Assembly (NCBI GenBank): GCA_013265495.1
Contig: MU059972.1
Coordinates: 1,307,525-1,371,524, forward strand
Length of the DNA: 64,000 nucleotides
Source: Vicugna vicugna
Lineage: Eukaryota
Reading direction: 5' to 3'
Position numbers and translations under genes: made by a program. The notes under the pieces are model-generated. The model was not told the DNA's origin and searched no databases. It worked only from the letters and a program-made list of their open reading frames with translations. The number at the start of each line of letters is the position of its first letter. Positions within the stretch are counted from its first letter, which is position 1. Positions 37,866 through 50,720 of this stretch are shown piece after piece.

Positions 37866-40800
37866 CTGAAAGAGAGAGGGTCCCGGGTGAGCCCCACTGC
37901 CGAGTGCCCGCGCCGCACAAAGGCACTCAGAGGGCCCTCTGGGGACCCGCAGCTCAGACTTTTCAAGGGGAGAAAACACCGCCGCCCAGGGCTCTGCGCC
38001 CCCAAGAGGGAAGACCCCGCTTTCCCTCCCTACATCAGTGAGGCCCAGGCCAACACGGGACAGGCAGGCAGGACGCTGACCGACGGGGAGAGGAGAGGGC
38101 GGCAAGGCGGCAAGCACTCCCTTCCCCCGGAGGAGAGGCTGGGGACAGGACCCCACCTGTCTCCCAGAGCCGCCTGCAAGCCCACCAGCCCCTCTCCAGC
38201 TCCCTCCGGGAAGAGGGAAGGTGCGGGCAGCACACAGCAGGCTCTCGGCTTCCAGCTCCACCCTCCCCCGGCGGGCCGGTGTCCCAACCAGACTGTCCGT
38301 ACAGCAGCCTGCTGGGCGCTGCAGGACTGACCGAGTGTGTGAAAGGGCTTAACGCGGTCAAACATGCATTTAAAAGGGCCTCAACCTCAGGCAAAAGGAA
38401 ACTCCACTTATGATCACAAATGGAGAGAACTCTCGACTCGGCCTGCAAACTCGGCCACCTTCCAGACGATCCCTTCCGACCCTGACGTGGAGGCAAGTTA
38501 AGGTGTGAGGGACGGCCCTGAGAACAGGACAACAACGTCAGGGGTGGGCATGGTCGGGGGAGGGTTAAATCCTCTAAGGGGACAGCGGCTTCCTGCTGTG
38601 TCTCCTCAGCCTGTAAGTCCTGTCCCAACCACAGTCATCACTGTTTCAAGACTTCTCATGAGATTCATTTTGAAACGTCCCGATATTTACATTCTGGCCT
38701 CCAAGCACAGAAGAGGCCCCACAAAGGCAGCCAGCCCTGCCTGGCTTTGCCAAAGGCCTGGAGCAGAGCAGAAAGCCCAGGGCCGGCCTGTCTGTGACTT
38801 GCACACCCTGCCTCTCGAGGGTGGCCTCTTCCAGCCAGGCTCCTGAATCACACGATTTCCTCGAATGTCAGGCGAGGCTCGGCAGCCCCAGGAGGGTGAC
38901 CACGTCACCACCGGGAGGGCGGGTGGGGCCGGGCCCCTGGCTTTAGCGAAGGACAGAAAACAAATCACAGATCTGACTTTTGGAACTCAGAGTAGGAGGC
39001 GAGTAAGTAGGATCACTTCTCAGGAACGTGGACGGTGTGGAGGGAAGGGCCGGTGCTCCACGCCTGCGCTCGGACTCGCGCGTCTTTCTGAGCCCCAGCC
39101 ACCTACTGCTCACTTACCTGAAGGCGGAAAAACAGAAGCTCACATGAGCTCAGTGTGGACGGGGAAGGGCTTTGAGAGGCACCATCCCGAGGTCACAGCT
39201 GGAATTTCAAACAGGCTCCACCTTCTAGGGTGTCTACTAATTTATCTACAAATGCCTGGCACTGGGTCTAGCGCTCAGGATCTAACTCCTCCGTGAACCT
39301 AGAATCACACCAGACAGAGCGGAAGGACCACCCTCCACCTGCGGCGGTCAAACCGTGAAGCCAGCAGAGGGAGGAACGGCTGAGGAAGGTGGGCACGGAG
39401 GAGGGGGAGGAGAAGGCTTGCATCCAGAGGGTGGGCGCTGCCCCGTGCCCAGTCCCTGACGCCACTCCTGGGCCGGCGCAGGACAGAGGCCGTCGGCTCC
39501 CAACCTAACCACCTACGCTGCCGAAGACCCCCGCGGCTCTTCTCAAGGACAAGCAACGTGAGCCCTGTGCGGCCAGCTCCCATGTTTAGACGGTATTTTT
39601 AAAGCGAACCAAACACTGGACAAGAGGTCAGTGTCGTCCTCCAAACAGCACGTCTGCACCTCAGCAGGGTGACGCTGCGCCCAGGCGTGAGCGCGGCAGG
39701 GCGGCCACTCAGTCGAGGAGGGAGGATGGCTCCCGTGAACCCCATCACCAGCTGCACCTGAGGACCAGCTTCCTGCCGGGCTCCCCACACACACCCGCTC
39801 CTTGCCGCCCTGGAAGTAATCTCCTTCCGCCAAAGCCGGGCTGCGCACCGCCAGCAGGGCCCACCCTGCCCAAGAACGCAGGCAGGGGCACCAGTCCCGC
39901 AAGCCCCCCAGCAAGCGGCCCCGTGCGGGGAGCCCCCGGCCGGTCCAGACCCCAGACTCGGCCCTGCTGCAGAGGGAGGGCTGTCCTCCGGCCGAGCACC
40001 ATCCTGGAGCGCCTTCCGGTCCCGGGGCACCGAGCTGACGCCCCGAAGTCCCACTGACACAGAGGCAGGAGACAGATGCCTAAAGGCAGACACTTTCAAA
40101 CTGATTGAAGAGGAAGGAATGAAAAGGTGACTTCACCTATTAAACTTAGTTCCTGTGAAGGCAAAACACCACGTTAAATGAATGAAAAAATTTACAAATG
40201 AAAGGGAAGCTTCATTTTTTGGTGTAAAAAGTAATCATCATTACGACTGGTTAATCAGAAACTCCTCGCTGCTCACAGGTGGGCGTCTGCGAGCAGTGCT
40301 GCGGACGAGAACAGGGAAAGGGCAGCCGTGGCTCAGCGAGGAGGTTCTGGCCAATGTAAGCGAGGGAAACGGGAACCAGGAGGGCCCGGGGCTGGCACGG
40401 CTCCCATGGGCCCCTGAGGGCTGTTTCCTCACCCAGCCTTGCAGGCATGGGAAGGCCGGGCTCCCTGCTGACACGGTGACACGTGACCATGGACGAAAGC
40501 GGGCCCTAGAGCTGGCAGACAGGCCTGCAGAAACATTACCAGAACCTTCTGGAGGATGAAGGGTGTCACTCTAGACTCCTCTAGTACCCCCGCTACCCTC
40601 AAAGTCAATCAGCCTAAATTAGCTTTATTTCCCACATCACCCCAGGAATAATGGCTTAAGTATCTCTGGTAACACAGGAAATTACCCAGAAACTTTATTT
40701 CAAACACCTCAAAATTTTGGAAGGCTTAACCTACTTACCACCTAACTTCCCTTCAGCGCCATCAATCTCTCAGGTAAGAAGGCCGAGCTGGGGGACCAGA

Positions 40801-43769
40801 AACACAGCAGCAATCTGACCAACACGAGGGGGAAAACCTCTGACAGGAGAACAGGGGTGCCCCGGGGGGCAGGGTCACCGCCACGGCACACCCCTGCCCT
40901 GACCCGACGCCAGAGTCCTGCCTGAACCCCGGCTTCTCACCACTGAGAAGGAGTCACATCTTCTGAAAGTAACACGAGACGGAGCACCTGCCACATAAAT
41001 GTTTGAGAAATCTGCCTTCTGACAATTCAGAAAGGATGTATTTATTTTACTAAAAAAAGTTTGGTCCATTTTTGGCATCTGAAACAACAGAAAGATTCTA
41101 GCAGCTTTATTTTAAAACTACCAGTTGGATTATAAGAAAAATAAACTGGCTTTCTGTTTCAATCACTTAAATCTTTAATTAAATTACCTGGCGCTTCTGA
41201 AACACCTATTCAATGAAAAACCTGCAGCAGTAACTTGAACTTTCTTACCATTAAAACAGTTCAGAACACAAATATTTGTTTTGTGGAAGGTGAACAAGCG
41301 GAAAGATGACCCTTAGAAGCTCACAGTCTTCGGGGCTGCCCGAAGCTCAGGGCCCGCGTCAATGCACGAGATGAGGCGCGTGACGCATTGGGCTGCTCCT
41401 CGAGCTACCGCCACCTCCGGAGAGGCTTCAGGAGCCTTCGGGGGACGCCTTGTGCTCCTGGGCTGGTGTCAGGCTGGGTTTCATCTGGCTTTTGTCATGG
41501 CTGCCCAAACTGTTTATGAATTTCACAAGCAACATGCTGCATAAATTGGGAGGAACGGTTCCAGGCAGGGATGGGAAGGCTGAGGTTGGCGTCAGGGCCC
41601 TCTGGGGCTGCACGACCGCACGCACCCCAGAGCTCAGGATGCTGCCAGAGGCAGGGCGCGACCTGCCTACGGCCACTCATCAGGATCTCCTCCAGCTGGC
41701 AGACGGTGAGAGCCCTAGGCGTGACCCGTGAAGGATCTGTTGTTGTGCTACTGAGTGGGGCCTGTCACCATGAGCTCAGCCGTGACGACAGCAAGTGTGT
41801 GAGGACCCCTCAGTCCTCTGACACGAGGAGCGGGACCCTGGGCATAGCCGGTGTCCCTCAGGGTCACACGCTGCGGTTCCGAAACCCGGTGAGGGCGGCC
41901 CTTCTTCTCTGACAGGGGATAAATGACTATTCGCCATGTGGTCGCCATGTGGTCACTGCGTGGTCACACACAGAGACCCGTGGACGTGCTCACACTAGGC
42001 CTCTTTCTCAGCCCTACTCTCGTTAGCAGCCAATTTACGATCGCCAATAAAATGCATTTTAATGTTACCAAACACAATTCATGTAAAGAGAAGCTTTATG
42101 GAAAATAAATTACGTGAATAAATTCTCAAGAGGTGTTTTTGGCTAAATCTCCCTCTCTGCGCGTGCACAGCTGCTTTTCTGAGAAGCCAGCAATTTGGGG
42201 TGACCTCCCTTTGTAGCCCACAGCAGCACCAGCATCCCGGAGACCGCGCCCGAGCTTCCCTGCTGTGCCCAACCGCCTCTCCCAAACCACTGCTTCTCCC
42301 AGACTTGCCTGCACACCCCCTGCCGAGCACACCCCGGACACGTGCACGTGAAGCACGTCACTGACGGGGACTGTGCAACCCTCGCCAGGCTGACGCCTGA
42401 CAGTGTTCCAACTAGAATCCAAACACAATCCTTTTCATCGGAAGCAAGCACCTATCGTCTGATGTGGGGGCTTGTCAAGTTTTGTAAGAATGACCACATG
42501 CACAGCAGCAGGAATTTAAGCCCTTCATTAAGAAGCTAACCAAACCCCTTCACTAAGCAACAGGCGCTACTGTGGGTCCACTATGGCTACTGTGTTTCCC
42601 TGCCTCAGCCAGCTTCATCTCTGAGCGATCGCCCTGCACCCGCTGGCACTCGTGGGACTTACCAAAGGCAGGGAACTCAGACCAAACTGCCCAGGGAGAG
42701 AAAGCCATGGCCGCCAGCCAGCACTGCTCTGAGTTCGTGCCGTGACAGCCGGAGCCTGACTAGAACACGGGGGCGCCACCACCCAGCACCTCTGCAGGCA
42801 GCGGGTGCCCCCATGTCTGCCACGGAGCCCGCGCACAGCGGTGGGAACCCCTAGGAAGTGAGCGTCTGACAACCCGCGGTTCTCCGGGCTCAGGCAGGGA
42901 GGCACTTGTAGGGGCTGAGAATATCCATCCAGTGCAGCCCTGGGTGCTTCTCAGGGGGGTGGGGGCTGCACCTGCGGCCCCGCCAGGGCCTGCAGCGGCC
43001 GCGCGTCCTCGGCGACTCCCTGGCAGAGCAGGCTGTCTGGTCCAGGGAGGACGCAGCGTGAACCAGCTGATCCGATTCTCAGCGCACTCCTAATTCTCCC
43101 AGCTGCCGCCGCCTCAGCTCCACACAACAGGGTCCACAGATAAGCTCTTCCCCCACATTCACAAGCACGGCAGTTGCTCAGAGATACCCCTGTCTCTGCG
43201 CCACCTTCACAAACCTCCACACCAGCTGAGGTCCTCAGCTCAACGTGCTCATGACGTTGGAACTGCAGGGGTGATGCTCCCAAAAACGGTGTCAGCAAAC
43301 GCAGACACACAAAAATCCATGTTTTTCCCTACAGTTATCAATACTCACAAGCTCGAAACTGGACTTTCCATACGTTCACATGAGGGTCACGCTGCAGTGG
43401 CCCCCACGGAAATACAGTTTACATGAATCATGTCACATTAAGAAACATAAACTTAAAAGGTGAAATGTTTTTCTTTTCATGATAACCCCAGAATCTGCCC
43501 AGATTATCCAATGTTATGTTTCATAGCTGGATGCAGTTTAAACCAAATAAACTAGGCCTGAAGTAGGCAGTCACACCTACATGGATATTTACCGAAAATC
43601 CACCTGGAAAAGGAGTAAAGACAGTTCGCTTCCTCTGCAACTGAAGCAAGTGTGCCTTTCATTCACCACCCACCTGGGTGAAGTCAGGAGCTTCCCTCTT
43701 CTCCTCAAATTCAGTGCGTCCAAAGCCTCGCCGCCCCGACCCAGTCACTCCACCCCAGGAACCAGCCCA

Positions 43770-44110
43770 AGGGAATGAGTGCGTCAGCCACACGGAGACC
43801 TCCACCCGAACGTTCGCAGCAGCACTTGGCGTAACAGCCCCAAAGCGGAAGCAACCCAAGCGTCCATCGACGGGGGAGCAGATGAGCAAAATGCGCCCCA
43901 GCCACGTGACGGACATCACCTGGCCACAGCAGGGGCGGGTCGGAACGCAGGGCAGCGGCGGCCAGGCCGGGCGCGGGGCGCTGGGAGTGACCGCCTGGAG
44001 CTCTCGGGGGTGGGGCTGCCCACTTGGTGTCTGCCCTGGAGCCCACCAATGTGAACGCTTTAAAATGGTCAATTTCATGGTAAGTAAATTAGATCTCAAT
44101 CCTTTTCTAA
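43770..44110 (+). mobile_element. L1MB-like 3' end (GC-shifted, internally deleted)
   Basis: acagccccaaagcggaagcaacccaagcgtccatcgac...tttaaaatggtcaatttcatggtaagtaaattagatctcaat. Confidence 0.75.
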
Positions 44111-44946
44111 AAGTTGCCCAATTCACTTTTCCTGTGCGCCCTGCTCTGCCAGCTCAGTCCCAGCAGCGTCTGCCAGGACTGGACGACATTCTGGGGAAGA
44201 CAGTTTTCAGTGTCTCAGACACGGTACCCAGTCTTCCTCAAAGGGAAATCTCTGTTCCACAGAAAAATCTCTATCGTGTTTTTGGGGAAAATCAATGACT
44301 CAGACACAGAAGCAGAAACACCTCCCCAGTTCTTCCCAGCTGACGAATCACAAGCTGTAGACTCGGCAACGTGCCGCTACCCTTGTCTGTCCTCGCTTCC
44401 CTCGCACAGTCAGCGGCCCTCGGAAGCCCGACACAGCTGTGCTGAAGGGCCCACTTGGACCCAGGCCCAACAACAGTGGACCCCAGACCCGGCAGGAGCG
44501 AGGACGTCCCCTCTGCCCCGCGGCAGGCGGGGGTGGCGCGGCCCATGTGGACTCCACCTGGACGTGCAGGCCCTCGAGGCTGTGTGAGGCCCTCCTCACA
44601 CGGGCCGGGGCCGGGGTCTGAGCAGTGAGCCGCCCGCTGGCTGGAGACCTACAAGCATCCATCATTAGACACTAGCCTCCAGGACGCGGCTCAGTGACAG
44701 CGGCACCCCGTGAAACGACTCTGTAGCTCTGAGCAACGGGGGGAGACTTCGACTGTGCAGTGGGGAAAAGCAAGTTATAAAGTCTAAGTATAACATGTGT
44801 GCATTACAAACAGAAAAAGCCCAAAAGAGTCATAGAGATCTCTGGACACACTATTTTCCACAATATTTTCACTTTCTTCATCATTTTTATGCCTTAGCAC
44901 CTTTTAAAAACAATAAACATGTGTGACTTTTCTAAAAAGCAGAAAA

Positions 44947-45010
44947 GAAAATTGCAGTTGGCCCTGAACGACGTGGGTGTTGGGCACTCACCCTCTGCAC
45001 ATAGAAAACC
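44947..45010 (+). mobile_element. Tigger-family (MER8-like) DNA transposon terminal fragment
   Basis: cagttggccctgaacgacgtgggtgttgggcactcaccctctgcacatagaaaacccg resembles a Tigger/MER8 end. Confidence 0.4.
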
Positions 45011-45212
45011 CGACTCTACCTCTCAGCCGTCCCTCCCCAGCCGCAGCCCTGCACTCACGCCCTGTGTGCGGGTCACAGAGCTCCAGGTGTCCACCGCACA
45101 AAGCCACGAGGGGCGGGCCCGCACGGTGGATGCCCGCGTCATGCGGGGCCGACCTCACGCCTGTCACTGCTCACGCAGAGGGAGGGGGGAGCCGGGCGGC
45201 GGGCGGGCGCAC

Positions 45213-45385
45213 CTTCCGAGTTCAGGGTGATGAGGGTGACGTTGTTGCCGATGCTCTGGCTTCCAGACTGTCCGCAGTTGGACACGGAGTCGCTGGCCTC
45301 GGACCCGCTCTCCCCGTCCTCATGGCCGTCCTCCTGACCTGGCACCTTGACCACGATGGTGTTCTGCCGACGGCCAGGAACCGCG
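45213..45385 (-). CDS. BANP: BANP coding exon 5 (173 nt)
   Basis: (N)AVPGRRQNTIVVKVPGQEDGHEDGESGSEASDSVSNCGQSGSQSIGNNVTLITLNSE; acceptor tttctgtttcccgctcag, donor AAG|gtgcgc. Confidence 0.97.
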
Positions 45386-45641
45386 CTGAGCGGGAAACAG
45401 AAACACCAGTGTCGTGAGAGCGAGGCAACCACAGGCGGGGACCAGCGCGCCCTGCCCCTGCGCTCCCGCGTCTCTCAGAGCCCCGCTGCCCGCGCCTGGG
45501 CCACGCGTCCTCCCACACGGCTCCCTCTGCCAGACTAATGGCCTTGGACAGCAGGAGGCAGCCAAGCGTTCAAAGAAACTGTGAAATTTGAAGCATTTAG
45601 GAAAACTGTGTCTGCCACAGAAGTGAAATGACAGCTCGCTG

Positions 45642-45806
45642 TGACTCAAGCCTCGAACGCTGCCTTCCAATCACAGAGGTGACCCTACAAAGCGCTCCCG
45701 TGTGAGTCAGAGCGGCGTTCCGGGCCGCGTCTGCAGAAAGCGTGCCCGGGGCTCCGACCGCGCCCCCCGCCCCGCCGTCCGGGAGACGGCCCAGGAATGA
45801 CTCAGC
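45642..45806. promoter_or_regulatory. Intronic enhancer candidate: three AP-1 sites, CCAAT, GC box
   Basis: TGACTCA 45642, TGAGTCA 45703, GGAATGACTCAGC 45794-45806, CCAATCA 45667, CCCCGCCCCGCC 45765. Confidence 0.45.
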
Positions 45807-46354
45807 CCGTGAAAGTGTAGGTATCGCCCCCGAGTCCCACTGACAAAAACCACTGAAGTGGGTTTAAAAAGCCAGTCGAGAATCTCCTGGGGCTATCTCA
45901 CCACCACGAGGGACCTGACACGGAGCAGTGAGAGACTGCAGAAAAACAGACCACCAGCCAGCTCCCCGAAGTGCCCCAAAAAAGAATGGTGTGGAGACGC
46001 ACTCCCTGCCTTCCTGATGACCCCCTCGACTTCCCTGCAAGAGGCGGCTGCGCACCGAGGGAGGGGAAGCAGCGGTGCCCCCGTCCCCGCGGTCAGAGCG
46101 CTGAGGCCGGGCCACACCTGGGGGACCTGGCCCCCCGCGGACCGGCCCTCCGCCGCCTTTCCTCCCCCAGGAACCTCGAGCAGCGGGGCCGCCGTCACAT
46201 GAGGGGCGACCGTGCGCTTCCAGCGCGCCCATTTCTGACCGAGGTCACGTCCCAAACATCTCCAAAGAAAAGGGAGTGAGAAAAAAGCACCACCTCAGAA
46301 CACCTCCGTCACTGCGCCAACCAGGGAGGGCGTCCGCTGACCTGACGTGCTCCG

Positions 46355-46380
46355 GACAGACAGACAGACAGACAGACAGA
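46355..46380. repeat. (GACA)6.5 microsatellite
   Basis: Direct reading. Confidence 0.95.
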
Positions 46381-46600
46381 TGGGACGGGGGTGGGAGGAC
46401 GAGGTCCACGGACCGTGGTGAGAACACAGCGCCTCCCCACAGCACGTGCGAGCAGGGACCCCTGGGCCCTGCCCCATCCAGCGCAGCCCCCCGACCACGG
46501 GGAACCGCGGGCCAACGGCAGGGGTGCCTGGGCCGCCGCCCCGCCCCCGAGGGGCCCCGACGGTGGCGGTGGCAGTGGAGGGTGGTGGCGTGCTACTGAC

Positions 46601-46717
46601 TTGCTAAGGATATTTTCCAGGGGCTCCGGCGCCCTGCTGCCCAGGGGGTCTTCCGTCTTGGCTACAATGGCGCTCTGCCGGTCACTGTTGAGAATTACTG
46701 TGGTCTGGGGGACGACG
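46601..46717 (-). CDS. BANP: BANP coding exon 4 (117 nt, symmetric phase 2-2 cassette)
   Basis: (C)VVPQTTVILNSDRQSAIVAKTEDPLGSRAPEPLENILS(N); acceptor ttcttttgttccctag, donor AA|gtcagt. Confidence 0.96.
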
Positions 46718-49374
46718 CTAGGGAACAAAAGAATCACAGAGAAAAGAAGACCTTAACACAGCAGCATTCACTGTCCCAGCACATCCGAGTAATCGACAGT
46801 CAGCCCTGGCGCCCCGGTCCGGGGGAGTGGCCCCAGCGGGACACGGGCGTCACGACCCAGCGAAGGGGCCTCCCGCGGGGAGACGGTGCCCTGCCGCGTG
46901 GCTGGTGCTCTCGGCAGAGCGGAGTCAGGAACATTCGCACCGTTTCAGGGGAGGTGGGGCCACAAGCTGCTACCGTGCAGTTAGCAAGGTTTCTGACACA
47001 GCACGTTTGCGCGAAAAGCAGCTTGATGCTTTCACTGACTCCATCCCAGCGAACTCCGATCTGAGATCTAGGTCTTCATGACCGAGGTACTCGTCGGTAC
47101 CGGTCCAGGATGCCGGTGCTGCGCAGAGGAAGGGGCGGGCGGGACCACAGCCAAAGGGAGGGGACTCAGCTCTGCAGGACATGACGCTACAGCACTGCGC
47201 CCGCACGGGCTCCTCTGAGTGAAGACGCACATTTGCACACGCAGACGGGCACACGGTCGTGGACACGTCCCCTGGTTGCCTCCCAGCCACAGGGGCCTGG
47301 AGAGGGGGCCCCACGGTGGAGGCTGCAGTGCAGAGCAGTGTCACCTGCGAAGGATGTCACTCCTTGACTTCACTCTCCAAAAACAACTCGGCGGTAGACC
47401 TCCCATCCCCCAAAGCACACGGGAGAAGCGAGCCCCCCTCACAGCCACGTGGCTGTGAATGCCCTCCCCCCAAATCGGAGGCTCCAACCGCACTGCTTCA
47501 TGCTCAAGGGAATCGCAGGACCCAAGGTGTCTCCTAAAACAAAAGCATGATCAGCCGCGCGGGGGCCACCCCAAGGTGTCCAGCCCTCAGGGATGCTGCT
47601 CGTTGCAGTGCCCGCCCAGTCCTGCTGCCCCACCCACACGTGAGCCAGCACGGGCCCCCCAGGCAACCTCTGACTCGGTACCGAGCTCACAGCCAGGCTG
47701 CACACGAAGGTTCCAGCTTCCCACATACCGAAACAGGAGGCCGAACAAGCGTCCCGTGGAATGCCAGTGTCTCCCAGGTCCCAAACACCCCATCAACGAA
47801 GCCACCACAGACATCAGCACACATGGGCCTGGCAGGTCTGCGGGGAACGGATTAAAACATACTCCAGCCCCCAGCGGGAAAGATGTTTGACTAAATCCAC
47901 CCTTTTCCCTAAAGATCCTTTCCCTGACGATCAAGGAAGCAACGGCCTGAGACCCGGGTCGGGACGGTCACACTGGAGCGCGGGTAGGCCCGGGAGCGCC
48001 CCAGACTCCCGGGGGTCCTGATCGCACAGCGCTCTCGGCAACTCAGCTCCCAGAGGCACTGCTCCCCAGACGCTCGCCCTGAGAGCAGCCCCAGTCAGCG
48101 TGTCTGCCCCCCCACAAAGTCCGTTTCCCCCACTCGGACCACACGGAGGAGCAGTGTCGCGCGGACGCTGGCCTCGGGCCAAACCCCGGCCGGCCTGGGG
48201 TGAGGGCGCCACGGCTCGGCCGGCGACCGCTCCCTCCAGCCCGCTTCGCACAGCAGACGGACAGCCCACTCATGTCCTCAGCTCACAGATCGCCAGAGTG
48301 ACTCCCGGCGAGAGACCACTAAGGGTTTCGGCACACACCGTGAAGCACTGAGAGCTCCTTCCTCGTCCACATATCTATGCAGACAAAGAGCTTCAGAACT
48401 CAAAACCATCAAAGCTAAAGACACAGACAGAACCCATGTTGGACCTTGTGTCACTTCAAGCGACACACTGACCCCCGTCGTCCACATTCCAGGATTAACT
48501 AAAACCGCGGCCCCCCCACCTCCAGGGAGCGTTCACAGTGCTGCGTTATTCAGAACTGGGTAAAAACTAGCAGTAACTTCCGTGGTTTCGTTCAACTGTG
48601 AACCAGCAGCTGCAGTGAGAACTCAACCCAGGCGAGCTCACCGAGCCCTCCAGGCCTCACGGTTACAGGAAACGAGGGTCCAGCTTCAGCGTCTGTCCCT
48701 GCTTGTGCTGCAAAGCGGTGTCACAGCCCGGCTGCCAGGATGAAGGTCTGTGAAGGAAATGAAACGGGGAAGTCCGTCCAGGAGGCGCAAGGAGCCCTGT
48801 GCGCGCTGACCACCAGCGGCCTGCCCGTGGGCCGTTCGATGACTGACGGTCCTGAGGTGACAGCGGAAGCGTCTGCGAGAGCAACGATCGGTCTGTTTCC
48901 AGACATCAACACTGTAACTCGTGGGAAGTTACGCCCTCTCCACTAACGCAATTTACATCGACCTCAACGTGTACAAAACAGTGTTTCATTTTTCAAAAAT
49001 TACAGAACGCCCGTGTAACATTAAGAAGAAGCACGTGGCCCTCCGAGGGTCAGTTTGGAACAACTGTCACAATGCCGAGTGGCCCAGGCTGAGCCATGGC
49101 CCCGTCACTCAATCAGACACGACTCCGGCGCTGCCCTGAAGGGACTGTGCAGATGCGATTGAAGTCCTAACCGGCTGCTGAGAAATTAATCAAAAAAGAG
49201 ATCACCCTGGCGTGCTCAGGTGGGTAAGGCTGTCCCTGGCCTCGGGGACACCACTCAGCTCTGGCCGTGGAGTCCCACCTGCCCCACAGACTTCAAACGT
49301 GCGTGGCCGCCCCCACAACTGTAAGCCAGTTCCCTGCAGTAAGCTCCTTCTGGCTCTTACTGGCTCTCTCCCCA

Positions 49375-49394
49375 TGTCTGTCTGTCTGTCTGTC
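49375..49394. repeat. (TGTC)5 microsatellite
   Basis: Direct reading. Confidence 0.9.
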
Positions 49395-49779
49395 TCTCAC
49401 AAACACACCTATCTCTTCCTGGTTCTGCTTCTCTGGCTGAACCCTGACAGACACATCTTGCGGTGATTACAGACCCATGGGAACGTACAGAGTCCTGTGT
49501 CCCCGACGGTGAATCCCGTGTAAACTGCAGCACAATACCAAGAGCAAGAAAGCGACCCTGGGACAACGCGGCCACCGAGACCCCGGCCTCGTCCAGGTCT
49601 CGTCCCTGTGTGCACACACATGTGCTTCTGTGCGCTTTCCCCTCCTGTATGCACCAGTCTCTGCACGCTCCCACATGTGTGCGCAGGTGGGTTCCCCTCG
49701 CGTGTGCACCTGAGCCACTGCCCTGCCACCGCCGAGGAGCGGCCTTGTGCCCCTGTGGACACCCACCCTGCGCGTCCCC

Positions 49780-50720
49780 GCGACCACTAACCTGTCCCCC
49801 CACCACTCTGACACCTGGAGGCCGTCACAGGGGTGGAGGCACGCAGCGTGTGACCTTGGAGACGCCCCCTGTGGAGATCCCTGGGGCGGCGCTGCGGGTT
49901 TGCCGTTTCTGTGGCCCGAGCATTTGTTTTGGGGCGCCGCCCCCGTCTGCTGAACCTCTCACCCCCGGAGGGGCCTCGGGTGTTTGCAGGGTGTGGTTCT
50001 TATAAACGAAGCTGCCGTGGACACTCACGTGGAGGTTTTGTGTGAACGTGAGCGTCCACTTCTCTGGGATAAACGCCCCAGAACGAGCTTGTGGGGCCAC
50101 GCGGTGAGGACACTATGACTTCACGAGATCCTTCCCACCTGTTTCCAGAGCCTCGGCCCCATCGGACGTGCCCACCAGCCACGGCCCAGGTGGCATCTGT
50201 GATGTCACTGTCATTTAGCCTCTGATGGGCCAGGGTGCCATCTCATCACAGTTTTAGTCCTGAAGGCCAGCAATGCTGGACAGCCTTCCACATGGATTCT
50301 CACTCTGGTCAAACACTCTGCTTTTTCTGACTTCCTAACTGGACCATCTGGTTTTCCACCGCTGAGGTTCAAGGGTTCCTTACTTGAGACGACCTCCCTG
50401 TCCTCCGCAGATGCGCGGCTTGCTGACACCGTCTCCTCATCTGCTTCTTGTCTTTCCCTCCTGGCAGGTCTTTCACAGGCGTCAGTTTTCAATCCTGATC
50501 CGTCCAATTTACCTGCGTGTGTGTGCACATGTGTGCATGTGCGTGTGCGAGCATGCGTGCATGCGGGGACGGTGCTTCTGCTGGGAAGTCTGGGAAGTCT
50601 CTGCCTGGCTCCAGGTCCCAAAGGTTCTCCCCTCTGTTTTCATTTGAAAGTTTTATAGTTTTACATCTTACGCTGAAATCTGTGATCAGTTTAAAATTCC
50701 TCTCTGCTCAGGCGTGAGGT
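49780..50720 (-). mobile_element. L1M 3' region, antisense, GC-shifted
   Basis: gttcttataaacgaagctgccgtggacactcacgtggaggttttgtgtgaac...ttctctgggataaacgccccag...gaaagttttatagttttacatcttacgctgaaatctgtgatcagtttaaaatt. Confidence 0.75.

Noticed and set aside
37321-37926. 201-aa ORF extending exon 6 on both sides
   Set aside because: Only 37626-37865 is bounded by splice sites and matches BANP; the flanks are intronic read-through
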